Part shown: positions 12,533 to 24,503 of the stretch, piece after piece
How the letters are laid out: every line of letters begins with the position of its first letter
How positions within the stretch are numbered: position 1 is the stretch's first letter
DNA from: Octopus bimaculoides
Taxonomy: Eukaryota
DNA: 64,000 nucleotides
Reading direction: 5' to 3'
Assembly (NCBI RefSeq): GCF_001194135.2
Contig: NC_068982.1
Location: forward strand, 48,809,694 to 48,873,693
Notes under the pieces: generated by a model
Seen by the model: the letters and a program-made list of their open reading frames with translations, nothing else
Database searches by the model: none
What the model was told of the DNA's origin: nothing
Translations under genes and position numbers: made by a program

Positions 12533-13429
12533 GACTGAAGAAAACAAAGGAGCATTGCGAATGCAACGGATGTTTTGCTAAGTTAGCTTACAATGCTACG
12601 TGGAGCTCCTTTTGGTGTTAATAGCAACCTCTAACTCCTGTTTATAGATACTGATGGCTGCAATACGAGTGCTCGACTCAAGCTCTCTGATAACAAAACA
12701 TATTCAGACACATACGCAAGTACACACACATACACACTTAAAGATTCGCACGCATAGACTCATATAGCTGCACCTTCAAATACACTCAGTGACATGCTTA
12801 CACATTAATACACTCATACACACATGCACATATCAACACTTATACAAACACACACAAGCATACGAAGAAAACATGCGCACTCATATAAGGCAAAGCATAC
12901 ATACACACAAAACGAGCCGCTGTGGGAACATTTACATGGTCATATTGGTATGCTAGAAATAGCAGCCAAAGTTAAACTAAATCTCGCCTAACTGCTTAAA
13001 ATGGAATAACACAGCATATGTATGTAAGAAAAGACAAGATGGTCGTTGCTAATTTACGCTAAATTACAACACAAAAACATATGTAACGATAAAGTTTTTA
13101 GTTGAAGTCGAGGGTCACCAATTAGTAACCAATAATATGAGATGTCGGAGTCAGCAGTTGTAACAATAAAAATTTGTTATTATAACGGCATGTTGTAGGA
13201 TGTGAAAGATAAACAACGCATGAAGTTTTAAAAAAGTATTTATTTATCGTTACATTACAATACCTTGCCTCGACGGGCAGGTGATGATATCGTAAAGCAT
13301 GTGTAAGACGACCGTGCGTACCAAAGGAGAAATGGGGACGAATGGAAAACAAGCTCCTTTTTAACCCGTCACACGGTCGACACAAAATATAAGATATGCT
13401 ATAATACTATAACTTAGAGAATTCGCATG

Positions 13430-14281
13430 TGAAATGCGAAGGAGTACCAGTAAGGAAAAAGATAGAAACGCAACCGATAAAGATGAATAACAGTAAGATT
13501 TATTGGAGCATTAAACTGTATGTCTGTGTGTGAGTGTGAATGCGACATATTAAAATACAATATAAGACAAGCCGTCATGTAAACAAAATAGTGTATGTGT
13601 ACAAATATATGTATGTGAATGCAAGAGATACAGATTATAGATAAGAGTCAGTAACACGGATAAGAATATACCAGTTCTGTTAAGGTACACAGTAGTTAGA
13701 TTGTCTGTATATAAGAGGTTAAGGTTTAGGCAGAACTAAGTCACTTGTCGTGCAGTTGAGGCTTCGATGCCGGGCCGGATTCTTGATACAGATGTTCTTC
13801 GCAGGTTGAGTTGTGGCTGTTAATTTCGTGGTGAGGCGATTCACACAAATAGGGTTGAGAAGAGAAGCTGCGGTTGCTGTTTGGTAGCTTGTGTACGTAG
13901 AGTCGTGTTGACGCTGGCGACGTTGGATTGTAGTAATCAGTTGAACGATGTTGATGTCGTCGCTGGAAACTGGCTGGCTGTGTTACGCGTGTGGTCAACG
14001 ACCAGATCTGTGAGGATCTGAGCCGCGACAAATTGGCGCGGATAATTTAGGCTATTTATAGGTACAAGAGAGGCTCCAGAGAGCATCAGAATAACACTCT
14101 CTCACGTGACCTTATTAGTGGCTACGGTTGGTCGGTTTGCGTCCTGTCGCGAACGGACTGGAGACAAATGCCGCGAAAATAAAAGTCAGTCAGTTGATGA
14201 CACAGCAAGGCGGGAAAGAGTTGTTTTCTGCTACGCTCGCATTTGTAAATATATAACCGTGAGAGAGGTGGTTTCACTACA
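13430..14281 (-). mobile_element. Probable solo LTR (Ty3/Gypsy-like)
   Basis: TG...CA ends, 4-bp TSD CATG (13426-13429 and 14282-14285), minus-strand TATAAATA at 14053-14060 and downstream AATAAA near 13500. Confidence 0.6.
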
Positions 14282-15241
14282 CATGCGACGTAAAGATAGA
14301 TGGTGTAGTTTGTGTTTGTGTTCTCTTCGTTGTTTAGTAGTAATTACAGAGAGAGATAGAATGATGTTGTATGAGAACAGAATTAGAGCTAGTGAGAGTG
14401 TGTGACGAAGGCTCGCATAGTCTCTGATAGTAAACTTCATTTCTCCCTCTGACCAAGGTTCTAGCGATCCGTTCACTAACTGATGTTAGCTCTCTCTCTC
14501 TCTCTTTCTTTCTCAACTCACGAGTCGTAACCAAGTGACTGACTGTCTTTTGCTTGCGGGTTCTTGTTTTCATAACTATTCAGAAGGATAGGCATATCAT
14601 TGAGAACAATGGGCTTCATTGTGATATTTCTATTCTAGCTTTCGGTGAAGTAGAAGAGGTTATAAGGGTCAAGTGGTGAAGACATTATTTCAGCCTAGCT
14701 AAAGACAATCTGGCAAATGTAAAACTGCTGTCAGAGAAAAACCATTGTTCCACCGTAGGAAAAGTTCTGTTGAAGTGTTAATTTAAATTTGGCTATAGTG
14801 GATCGAATCCACTTCATGCTTGCAAGATTCCCCACACATGCCAAGATGAAAAACATTATGTATGGTGGGGTTTAAACACATTTTGGTTCTCTTCCCATAA
14901 ATTTCTGATAGAGGCCAGAAATATACGAGAAAGAAACAGTCTATTATATCGACCCCGTTAGCTGACAGGTACTTATTTTATCGACCTCGGAAGGACAAAA
15001 GGGAAAAATCAACCTCAGTGGGATTCGAACCGTATTAATTTTTAATTGCTGAAAAAAAAAATCGTACAAAATCAAACCTACAAAATTATCTTTAGTATTT
15101 CAATTTTTCATACAGTAGCATAGCTAGGGGTGGTGTCGGCCGGGAGCATCCGCGTCGGGCAGCAATTGTGGACCAGCTTTTTAAGCTTAGATAGGACAGA
15201 GCAAAGCATGGATTTCCCCCATACGGCAGACATTCTAGGTT

Positions 15242-15595
15242 AGATGATTCTCAACCATTTTTTTTATTATCTGTACATCCCTTTGATTATTATTTTATTC
15301 TGGTGGACCCCGCCCCATAGCTATTCAATGTTTAAAAACTAGTTTCATAGAAACGTTTTTCAAAATTCATATTTTGTTGTTCATATATTAACTTGCGTAA
15401 GTTGAATTATGTAAAACGTTAGAGAAAGAAACCTAACTGATTCTTGCAAGAAATACATTTAAATCAAAACTTTACGTGGACACTTAAATTACTGCTGTAG
15501 ATCCTCAATTTACTATTTTGTTGCGTAACCACCCCCACTCCCCAAATCATATACAGATCGTCAAGGATCATATAGACCCCGATTGAAAACCACTG
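15242..15595. mobile_element. hAT (Charlie-like) MITE
   Basis: Termini GATGATTCTCAACC and GATTGAAAACCACTG. The same family end recurs inverted at about 19595-19675. Confidence 0.55.
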
Positions 15596-17436
15596 GTTTA
15601 GGTAAATGGGGTAGTGATAGATATATGCCTTTAGTGGTATTGTTCGCTGTTTTGTTTGATTGGGCTCAGCCTGGATCAAGAAGAACTATGGTCAAGGACG
15701 TGCCAACTGTGACCAACACGTCGTTTTGCATGTCTTGCATATCAAAAAGATTTGTTAAATCTATCCTTATTTATTTAATACTGTAGGTCGTGATCTGACA
15801 GCAATTTCCTTTCAGTTGTGCGCTTGTGCGCGCGCACACTTATTTTACAACTAGCGCACAAAAGTAGAAAATGCGCGCAAACAATGTAAGGTATTCAACA
15901 TGAAATCGGATATTTTTAATTGAAGAAATTTGAACGATGGCTAATTGCATGGATGCGCATTTACACTGACAAGAAAGAAAGACAAAATTTGCAAACAAGC
16001 ACATTTCAACAGTAAAATATTAAAATGAACACTGTTTGAGGGTTATTTGGTTCTTTCTAAATAGTCTGAAAGACCAAGTAACAATAACCCTCCATTTTCG
16101 TTAACTAGTATAATTAAGAGTTTAATTAATAAGTCTGTCAAGGCATTTTCGTATGGGTGTAAATTTCTACCTGAATCGGTAGAAATATGAGGAAGGCGTA
16201 AAATAAATAAACAAGAAAAAAGGTAAACACTGAAATATTATTCACACTAACAAAAATAATAGGCCATTTACAGCAGTGAGTGGAATGTGAGAGCCTGCAA
16301 AAAGAAAGAATGAGAACAGTCGAAAAATGTTGGTTTTTAGCGAAGATATCGCCGGGTGGTTAAGAAGTTCGCTTCATAACCAAGTAACCAAGTGGCTTCA
16401 GGTTCAGTCAACTGCGCGGTATATTGTCTTCTGCTATAGCTCTGAAATGACCAAAGCCTCTGGAGTGACCTGTGTTGAAGCTTGTCACACACACACACAC
16501 ACCCGCACACGAGTTTAATTTAAGTTCTTGGGAGAGTTCAAGACGGCTGCTAACAAAGCAACAAGATTTTTTGAATTAAGTGAGTTCCCGATATTTGTAA
16601 TTATGTGGTTGAGTTGGTGTTAAGGCTGCACAGTCGATGATAAACCTAAGTGTGTGCATATATTCACATGAAAATCTGACATGGACAATTTTTGGAATGT
16701 CTTTGAAAATCTTCACAGAGTCACTAACAGATTGGATTTGGTGAATCTGCATCAGTTTCTTTTTCTTTTTTTCCCGTGAAACCGAGTATTTCTAGTATTT
16801 TTGTGCAAATCTATTGGTACATAACCTAATGCACCTATGATGTTAGGTACAAATGAGATTTCATATGTATGTATGTATGTATGTATGTATGAGCGACGGA
16901 AACAGTATTAATACCCAATGGTAAGCTCTATATCCTACTTAGCGTAGATGTATTACCAGAACGCTGGTCACTGTGGTACTCGCCTTGAGAAGTCTTCTCC
17001 TCATAGACATACAGTGCTAACAGCACAGACATATTTCATAGCAAAAAAGAACTGTCTGGCATGGGTAGCTGGACTGCCAGGTTATGTGATTTCAATGTAC
17101 TGCGCTTCCTCGGTAACAGGAATCCGGTTGTTGCATACCATCCAAACCTCACAGCCAACTATATTCAGTCACTGATGTCGCAAATAACGGACAAGCTAAT
17201 TCAAAAAAAAAAAAAAAAAAAAAAGCGACGGTAGTAGTATTAGTACTCAATGGCAATCTTTGTATCATACTTAAAGTGGATATATTATTAGAAGGAGTTA
17301 AACTGCTGTATTCATCTCGAGAGCTTAGTGCCAGACGGTTCTCGTCTACTATGATTTATGTCTGTGCTCTTAGCATCTATACCAGAAGACCTCTCAAGGC
17401 GAACGCCACAGTATTCGACATCGTTCTAATAATACA

Positions 17437-18535
17437 TCTAATATAATAAATGCGAAAACTGATTTCTGTGTGTCAGTGTGTCACACTTTGACCCCCCTTT
17501 CTCACTATTTAGTGACACTCCTACTATTCCTCATGGTGGGTGAGAGTAGTAGTAGGCATAGAGACGGTGAGGGCGGTGGCGAAGACAAACAGAGAAAGAA
17601 AGAAAAAGAGGGAGAGAAAGGGAGACAAAAAATTTATGGAGAGTTGATGTTTTATTAAAAGTAGTAGTGTTGATGGTGCCAGTGGGAATAATAATAAGAG
17701 AAAGAGAAAGAGTGGGTATGTGAGAGAAAGAAGATGATGTACACTTTGTTTAACCATGACTCTTTGACAGAAATTCCTGTGGCCAACATACTAAACACTC
17801 AATTCTTTTACACACACATTTACAGGTGTGTAAACAACAGACAGATGTATTAGTTTATACACATACATATATAAAATACACTTTAATTGAAATAAAGTTT
17901 CCCCAAAATTAAACATCCAATATAATAAACGTGAATGTCAATATATCACACTTCTTCAACTTTAAATCTTTTCTACTGGAAGCACAAGGACTCAAATTTT
18001 GAGGGAAGGGACTACAGTCGATTACATCAACTCCAGTACGTAACTGGTACTAGTCGACCTTGGTGGAATTCGAACTCAGAACCTAACGGTAGACGAAATA
18101 CTGCTAAGCATTTTGCCCGGCGTGCTAACGATTCAGCCAGCTCGCCGCCTTGATTTAATATAATAATATAATATAATAAATGTGAATGTCAGTGAGTCAG
18201 ACTTGTCCAACTTTACTACTAGAGGCCGTAGCCCAACATATCATACCATTTTGGAATAGGGCTGATTCCGCGTGTAAATTAAAAACATTCCGGGCCGAAT
18301 CCGGACCCACAATCCTGAAATTTTGGATTCCCAAGTTTTCATTACTGTGACTGTTTTCGGCGATTTTTAAACATGATTTTTTTTAGACGAATGTGATGGT
18401 CATTAGGATATGACTCTTAAAAAAGCAACTACAACCGATTCTCCAAAATAAGACAGATCTTTCCACTCGGAGTCAGATGCTTAAAAGCTATATACTAGCT
18501 TATAAGCCGCCCCTGTCGGGCGGCTTTTAAGCTAG
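17437..18535 (+). mobile_element. Non-autonomous Helitron
   Basis: 5' A|TC termini at 17437 and 17916 (TC.AATATAATAAA.G). 3' hairpin AAGCCGCCC-CTGTC-GGGCGGCTT followed by CTAG|T at 18532-18536. Confidence 0.75.
17967..18151 (-). mobile_element. SINE A, short tail, central deletion, nested in the Helitron
   Basis: Head and tail match consensus; the central CCTTTCATCC block is missing. Confidence 0.8.
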
Positions 18536-18587
18536 TCGACGTTAAATAGTTTATAAAATTTGATATTCGATGTGTGTGTGTGTGAGA

Positions 18588-18800
18588 CGAGGTGCTGAAA
18601 AGTTCCTGGTTTTAAGGGTATCGTGAAAGGCCTGGTTGGAGTCCCAACCTTCCAAGTTCTTTCACAGGGCTTAGGAAAACTGATGGACCGCTTCTATAAG
18701 TGTATGAATTTGAGAGGGGTATATGTTGGATAAGATCATAATTAACTGATCCTCTTGTATTTTCTTTTACTCAGAGCTAGGAACTTTTCAGAACCTCTCG
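18588..18800. mobile_element. mariner-derived MITE
   Basis: Imperfect TIRs CGAGGTGCTGAAAAGTTCCT / AGGAACTTTTCAGAACCTCTCG. Partial second copy at about 53531-53640. Confidence 0.7.
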
Positions 18801-18859
18801 TGTGTGTGTGTGTGTGTGTGTGTGCATGTGTGCGTGTGTGCGCGCGTGTGTGTGTGTAT

Positions 18860-19160
18860 AGGCGCAGGTATAGCTGCGTGGAAAGAAGCTTGCTTCCCAA
18901 CCACATGGTTCCAGGTTCAGTCCACTGCGTGGCACGTTGGGCAAGTGCCTTTTACTGTAGCCTCAGGCCGACCAAAGCCTTGTGAGTGAATTTGGTAAGC
19001 GGAAACTGAAATAAGCCCGTGATATATATATATCTGTGTGTGTACGTATGTGTGTATTTGTCCCCCACCACTGACTGACAATCGGTAGTGGTGTTTTTAC
19101 GTCCCCGTAACTTAGCAGCTCGGCAAACGAAACCAATACAATAAATACTAGGCTTCAAAA
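18860..19160 (+). mobile_element. SINE B (CORE-SINE-like)
   Basis: TAGCTGCGTGG A-box-like, GGTTCAGTCC B-box-like, TTGGGCAAGTG CORE-like motif, (TA)/(TG) tract, then tail. Octopus OR1/OR2 are described CORE-SINEs; identity not verified. Confidence 0.8.
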
Positions 19161-19189
19161 AATACACAAGGGAACGGATGATAAACTGA

Positions 19190-19560
19190 TGTTTATTTCT
19201 TCAATAAATTAACAGTTACTAATATAATTCTATACAAAATATAAAAAGGGATATATTTTACAAATGGAAAAAAAATGGAGAGAAAAAAAACAGAAATAAC
19301 ATCAATGCAGCACCAAATGTTTCAATTGGTCGCTCACCAGAAAGTTCAACAGAACCTACTAGAGTAAGCCAGTACGCTCGCTGAATTACCACAGGCAATG
19401 GCAAGCATCCTCACGGGTATCCCCTGCCACCTCAGTAAGGCGAGCTGCAACGATGATAAGAACTTCACCATTAGTGGCCCAGTTCCCTCCAAACGTTTCA
19501 AACGCCACAGGCTGGAAGAGATAGTTCACTGGCAAAATAGGAATTTTGAAAGCGCCCTCT
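19190..19560 (-). mobile_element. CRE-like (restriction-like endonuclease) non-LTR retrotransposon C-terminus and 3' UTR
   Basis: YLFQPVAFETFGG..AARLTEVAGDTRE, then after a frameshift IACGNSASVL. Resembles the F.P.A.ET.G / GD.RE / QRGNAA.V C-terminal motifs. Followed by an AT-rich UTR with AATAAA. Confidence 0.6.
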
Positions 19561-19757
19561 ATAAAGCTATTTTTTCAACATTGAATGGATATTGCGGTCC
19601 ACCAGAATAAAATGGTAATCAAAGAGGTCCATAGATAAAAAAAAAAAAGAAAAGAAAAATCGTTGAGAACCTCTGTTTTAAATAGATTTTCCCATCGATT
19701 TCGAAAATGAATTTTCCAGTTGTTCGTAAAGTGGAACTACGTACTCATTGAATAAGC

Positions 19758-20198
19758 CTTTCTACTATAGGAATAAGGCCTGAAATTTTGGGGAAGGGGC
19801 CAAATCGATTACATTCGCCCCAGTACTCGACTGCTACTAATTTTATCGAATCCGAAAGGATGTAAAGTGAGGTTGAACTCAACGGAATTTGAACTCAGAG
19901 CATGTAGACGGACGAAACGCTAAGTATTTTATCCAACGTACTAACGATTCTGCCAGTTCACCGCCTTAAGAATGATATTAATAACCCTTTCTAGTAAAGG
20001 CACAAAACCTGAAATTTTGTGGGAGTGGACTAGTCGTTTACATCGACCTCAGTGTTTCACTAATACTAAATTTATCGACCCCGAAAGGATGAAAAGCAAA
20101 GCTGACCTCGGTGGAATTTGAACTCAGAGCGTGAGGACAGTCGAAATGCCGCTAAGCATTTTCCTGACGTGCTAACGATTCTGCTAGCTCGCCGCCTT
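19758..20198 (-). mobile_element. Two tandem SINE A copies, short tail
   Basis: Copies at 19758-19967 and 19986-20198, both full length. Confidence 0.85.
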
Positions 20199-20249
20199 CA
20201 ATAATAATAACAATAATAACAACAACAACAACAACAATGATGATGATGA

Positions 20250-20812
20250 TGATACAGTACTAGGCAATGGCTCTCATGGCTTCTGGACCGAACTGATTGA
20301 AAGTGTTATCATGTATATGTTTTGTCTTGGTATAAAAGGCGGGTTACAACAAATACTCTAGTCGATATCACAGAGCTGCTTGTCAGTTGCTTGACCGTGA
20401 CCAGTTGAGGATGTCCCCTTAGTGGCTGTTATGAGCATCTGTGATCACGACCAAGAGTAGCTTGGGAGCATCATAGTCATGTGTTCAGAGGAATTATTTG
20501 GGATTTGAATAATTCACCTCTGGAAACATAGGTGTTTCAATCATCATCATTAAACAAACCTTATTCAGGAACCTTTTGAGTGCTGATGGGCTACTCGACC
20601 TGAAGAAAATTCTAACTGGACTGCACCTTCGAGGTCATGCGCTGTTTGTCTTGGTATAGGATCACCATGTCACGCACACATCGTTGTGATGCATGTGCCT
20701 GGTGTACCATTATCAGACAGGTAGTCATGATGGGTATATTTGTACACCAGTGTCGCTTTGATGGCATGTATTGTTCTCTCAGTCAATAAAAATGACGATG
20801 ATGATGATGATT
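20250..20812 (+). repeat. Unclassified block ending AATAAAAAT(GAT)n, probable LINE 3' UTR
   Basis: Non-tandem, moderately GC-rich block terminating in a polyadenylation-like signal and a trinucleotide tail. Confidence 0.35.
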
Positions 20813-20814
20813 TC

Positions 20815-20990
20815 AAATTTTGGCACAAGACCAGCAATTTCGGAGGAGGGGCTCAGTCAATTACATGGATCCTGGTACTTATCGATCCCGAAAGGATTAA
20901 AGGCAAAGTCGACCTCGGCGGAATTTGAGCTCAGAACGTAAAGGCGGACGAAATACCATTGAGCATTTCGTCCAGTGTGTTAACAATTAT
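20815..20990 (-). mobile_element. SINE A, short tail, partial
   Basis: ATCGATCCCGAAAGGATTAAAGGCAAAGTCGACCTCGGCGGAATTTGAGCTCAG. Confidence 0.8.
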
Positions 20991-22071
20991 GTAATTGGTT
21001 TAGTATTCCAATGATACATACAGCATGAGACAGTTGGGGAAATGACTGACTTTTCTTCGAATTTCAGGTATAGTTTCATCTGATGGGTTTCTTTAAAGTT
21101 ATTTCCGTCTAAATTTAACTGACAAGCTTTGAGTCAACATGAGGCTTATAGTAAAAGAGATTTGCTCAGGATGCAAAATAAAAAGCAGAAGAATCGAACC
21201 CAAGATCACATATTTACACAAAGCGAACTATTTTATTAATCGGTCAGGATGCTATACACACCTATGTGTGCGTGCGTGCGTGCATGCGTGCCTGCATACA
21301 TAAATACATATTTCAGTTTTGGAGTTGATCGCAATAGTTTCAAACTACTGATATAGATATTGCTATATATCAGCGGTCATATATCAACCATGTGAAACCA
21401 ATGGCATGAAATTCATAAAATAATTGAATAAAGAAATACTTCCACCAATGTGGTGTTAATCGTAGTTGTGTGTGTGTGTGTGTGTGTGTAGATATAGATG
21501 TATCTAGAGTTGTGTACGGACATGCACATATGCACGTATCCATGTATATACGTCTGGGCACAGTCGGTGACGACGACCTGTCTCAGTTGATTCGATCAAC
21601 GGAACAGCAAGCTCGCGAAATTAAGTTTTTCAATTAAGTGTTTGTAAATATGTGGTTGGGTTGGTGCGTTGGTTGAGCTATTGATGCACATACTTCGGTG
21701 TGTACATCTATTCATCGAATATATCTCAGATGGAGATTCTTTGGAATGTCTTACAAATTTTCTCTGTGCCGATAATAGATTGGATTTGGAGAATGCACGC
21801 CAGTTTCTTTTGCACTTTTTTTTCGAAAAACCTAATATTGTTCAGAGAGATAATATTTAATTACTCTGTCTGAAGAATTTCTAATAACAAATTCCTTACA
21901 TGTCTATTTAACATGTAAAACTCTGCAATTCCTATTAGCAAATGAAACATGCGTAATGGTGAATAAATAATGCCAATAAATTTTCCAGAAACTGCATATT
22001 GGATTGTAATAATGGAATAATCAGATGTTCTTCAAGCACAAACGGTAGGGATTTCGCCTACCTAAATTATA

Positions 22072-22700
22072 CAGGGTGTGTTGAATAAACTAACGTCTAA
22101 ATTACGCAAAAATGAAAATAATACTGACATCTCATTTTAACAGATACATTTGTAAAATTTCATAAAAATATCTTGAAATACCAAAGAGTAGATTTATTCA
22201 ATAGAATCGTCATTGGCTTCAACTACAGACGCCAAACGACTTCGGAATCTCCTGTAACTCTTCAGGACGGTCTCCTTAAGTTGGTGAATGCTGCCATAAT
22301 CTCTGCCTTCAGTTAATCTTTGGTGTTACAAGGAGTTTTGTTGGTCTCTCGCTTAACTGTGCCCCCCGCTACACACACACACAATAATCAAGGGGGTTGC
22401 AGTCTGGGGAGTGCGGTAGCCAGATGTTAGGAGTGATGTGGTCGCAGATCTTGTCTGACAGCCATGACTTGGTTCCCCTGCTTGTGTTTCATGGTGTGGA
22501 GTCCTGTTGCCAGACACAGGGTCTCTCAACAGCCACTCTCTTGACCCAGTGCAGCACTACCTCCTCCATGCACTTGATGTAGGCCTCCATGTTGAGGCTA
22601 AGACTGTGTGGTAAGATGAATGGAGGCATAACTTCGCCATCACTAGTGATCACTCCAAACAGTATGAGCTGACTGGATGTGTGCTTTTATCATTCTTAGT
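22072..22700 (-). pseudogene. Tc1/mariner DD37D (maT-type) transposase C-terminal half with 3' TIR
   Basis: FGVITSDGEVMPPF, WQQDSTP..SPDCNPLDY with 37 residues counted between the last two Asp. Terminal TA-CAGGGTG at 22070. Confidence 0.8.
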
Positions 22701-22879
22701 ACATGTCCTCAGATTCTTTTCTGCTGTAGACACAAGGCCAGAAATTTTTGGAGATGGTCAGTTGATTAGATCGACCCCAGTACGCAAATAGTACTTAATT
22801 TATCGACCCCGAAAGGATGAAAGGCAAAGTCGACCTCGGCGGTATTTGAACTCAGAACATAAAGACAGACGAAATACCG

Positions 22880-24503
22880 ATTTCTTTATTACCCATAAAG
22901 GGCTATACAAAGAATTTTTAAGACATCACAAAACATAAAGACAGTACAAAACGCCAACATAAAATCGGGGTAATTAAAATAAAATGATAATATGCAAGAA
23001 TGAAAAAAGAATGAGGCGCAATGTCCACTCGATCCCCAAAGTCGGGTGGTTACATTTATCCAGTTTTTCACTTTTACGTTCAACGTCATGTAAACATTTT
23101 AACGGTTTTGTAACTCAAAAAATGCAAACTCTCGCGTTACCTTTCTTCCATTAATCAGTTACTTCCGTCTTTATCAACTGCAAATAATCAGTTCTCGGGG
23201 GTGGTGTCTCCACCAACCATACTCGTTTCGTTATTATATTTTCACCAAGTTCTTTTATGTACTCCCAGTAGTTTTCCTCATGTAGCAAAATGCATTTCTC
23301 AGCGCATTTCTCAGGCATTTTCACTCTTATTATTTCTTCTAACCTCTCGACTTTTCTCTCTATTTGCTCGCAATTCTCGTACTTTATCAAAAACCCCTTG
23401 TATTTCACATCTTTCTCCGTTCTCTCCTCCTCTTCTTGTTTATTATTAGTTTCTGGCTTTTTTAAATTTCTTTTTTGTTTTCCGTTGACCGTTTCATGTG
23501 ACTTATTTTTCCTTCGCCTTTTAGGGTTAGTAGCTCCATTTTCGTTCTTCTCCTTTGTTTTCTGTTTCACACATCTGTCTCTTTTATTTCCTCAGTGTGG
23601 TCTACAATTTTTTCTTCTTCTGCTTGTGTTTCTCTTGCTATGGCTGTGTGAACTCATATAGGGGGCATTTGGTCTTCATATGACCTCTCTCCCCGCATAT
23701 ATAACAATTTGGTTTTCTTCCCTCGACTGCAACATTTAACGTTCTCTCATCCTCCACTTCTATCTGGTAGGGAATTTTTCTATGTCCTCGAATGTGGCAA
23801 AAAGCCACATTTCGAGTCCAAATCCCCACCATTTGCACACTTTTGATTTCGCCACTGGTCTCAATTCCGGCTCCTCCTTGGTTGCAGCCAGCACTGTTGC
23901 AATCAACCACTCTGGTTTAATTTCTGGTGTAACTCTGGGAATACGTATTTTCACACTTCTTCTTCCTCTATAACTTGGTAGCAATGCTATTTTTTCACTT
24001 CTTACAATGTTGGTCGCATGCTTGGTTGCCTCTTCTATAGTGGCGAACCTCACCTCAACCGTACCGAACTTTCTTCCTCTGTTGATGTACGTGACTTCAT
24101 TGACAATTTCACTCAAGCACTCTTCGATTTCCTCTTCCGTCACCATTTCAATTTTACAGGGTTCAACAGCCTGTGTACGATACACAACTGTCCTCAGAAT
24201 TTTGTTTTCTTTAGTCTCTTTTGGGGGACACAATTTGTATGAGTCTCCCTCAACTTCTATCAAATTCCTGCTTCTGGTCACCTCCTCCATATCCAACTTG
24301 GTTTCCAGCGGCACTGGCTTCCTCACCGCTGTGGCCCTGGCGTAGCTCTCCATACTGGAGACACTACCACTTGCCATAGCTGGGAAAAAATGCAGCAGCT
24401 CACGTGAAACGTAACCGTAATAATTCCACAAAATCACAATTATTTACCGAGACACTTTTCACAAAGTAACACAACAGTATTCACAATAATTCACAGAGCC
24501 GTT
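22880..24503 (-). mobile_element. ORF1-only (half-L1/HAL1-like) non-LTR retroelement, copy 1
   Basis: About 125-nt 5' leader, degenerate ORF1, about 220-nt 3' UTR ending AGCCCTTTATGGGTAATAAAGAAAT. Junctions are ATACCG and ATACCA (6-bp TSD-like, one mismatch) inside a SINE A head. No ORF2 sequence. Second copy at 60647-62143. Confidence 0.85.
23099..24377 (-). pseudogene. L1/Tx1-type ORF1 protein (RRM-like regions, CCHC zinc knuckle, charged linker, C-terminal domain), frameshifted
   Basis: Pieces in ORFs 23760-24437, 23638-23910 and 23151-23570. N-terminal MAS..SYARA, RRM-like TYINRGRKFGTVEVRFATIEEA, knuckle CYICGERGHMKTKCP. Several frameshifts and a stop. Confidence 0.8.

Noticed and set aside
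13741-14476. ORFs of 81-99 aa in a GC-richer block
   Set aside because: No domain signature; they lie within the LTR-like sequences.
16580-16800. Degenerate repeat also seen at about 21635-21850
   Set aside because: Clearly repeated, but no diagnostic protein motif lets me classify it.
23201-24345. Plus-strand hydrophobic ORFs (82-123 aa) and their equivalents at 60923-61974
   Set aside because: Antisense shadows of the purine-rich ORF1.
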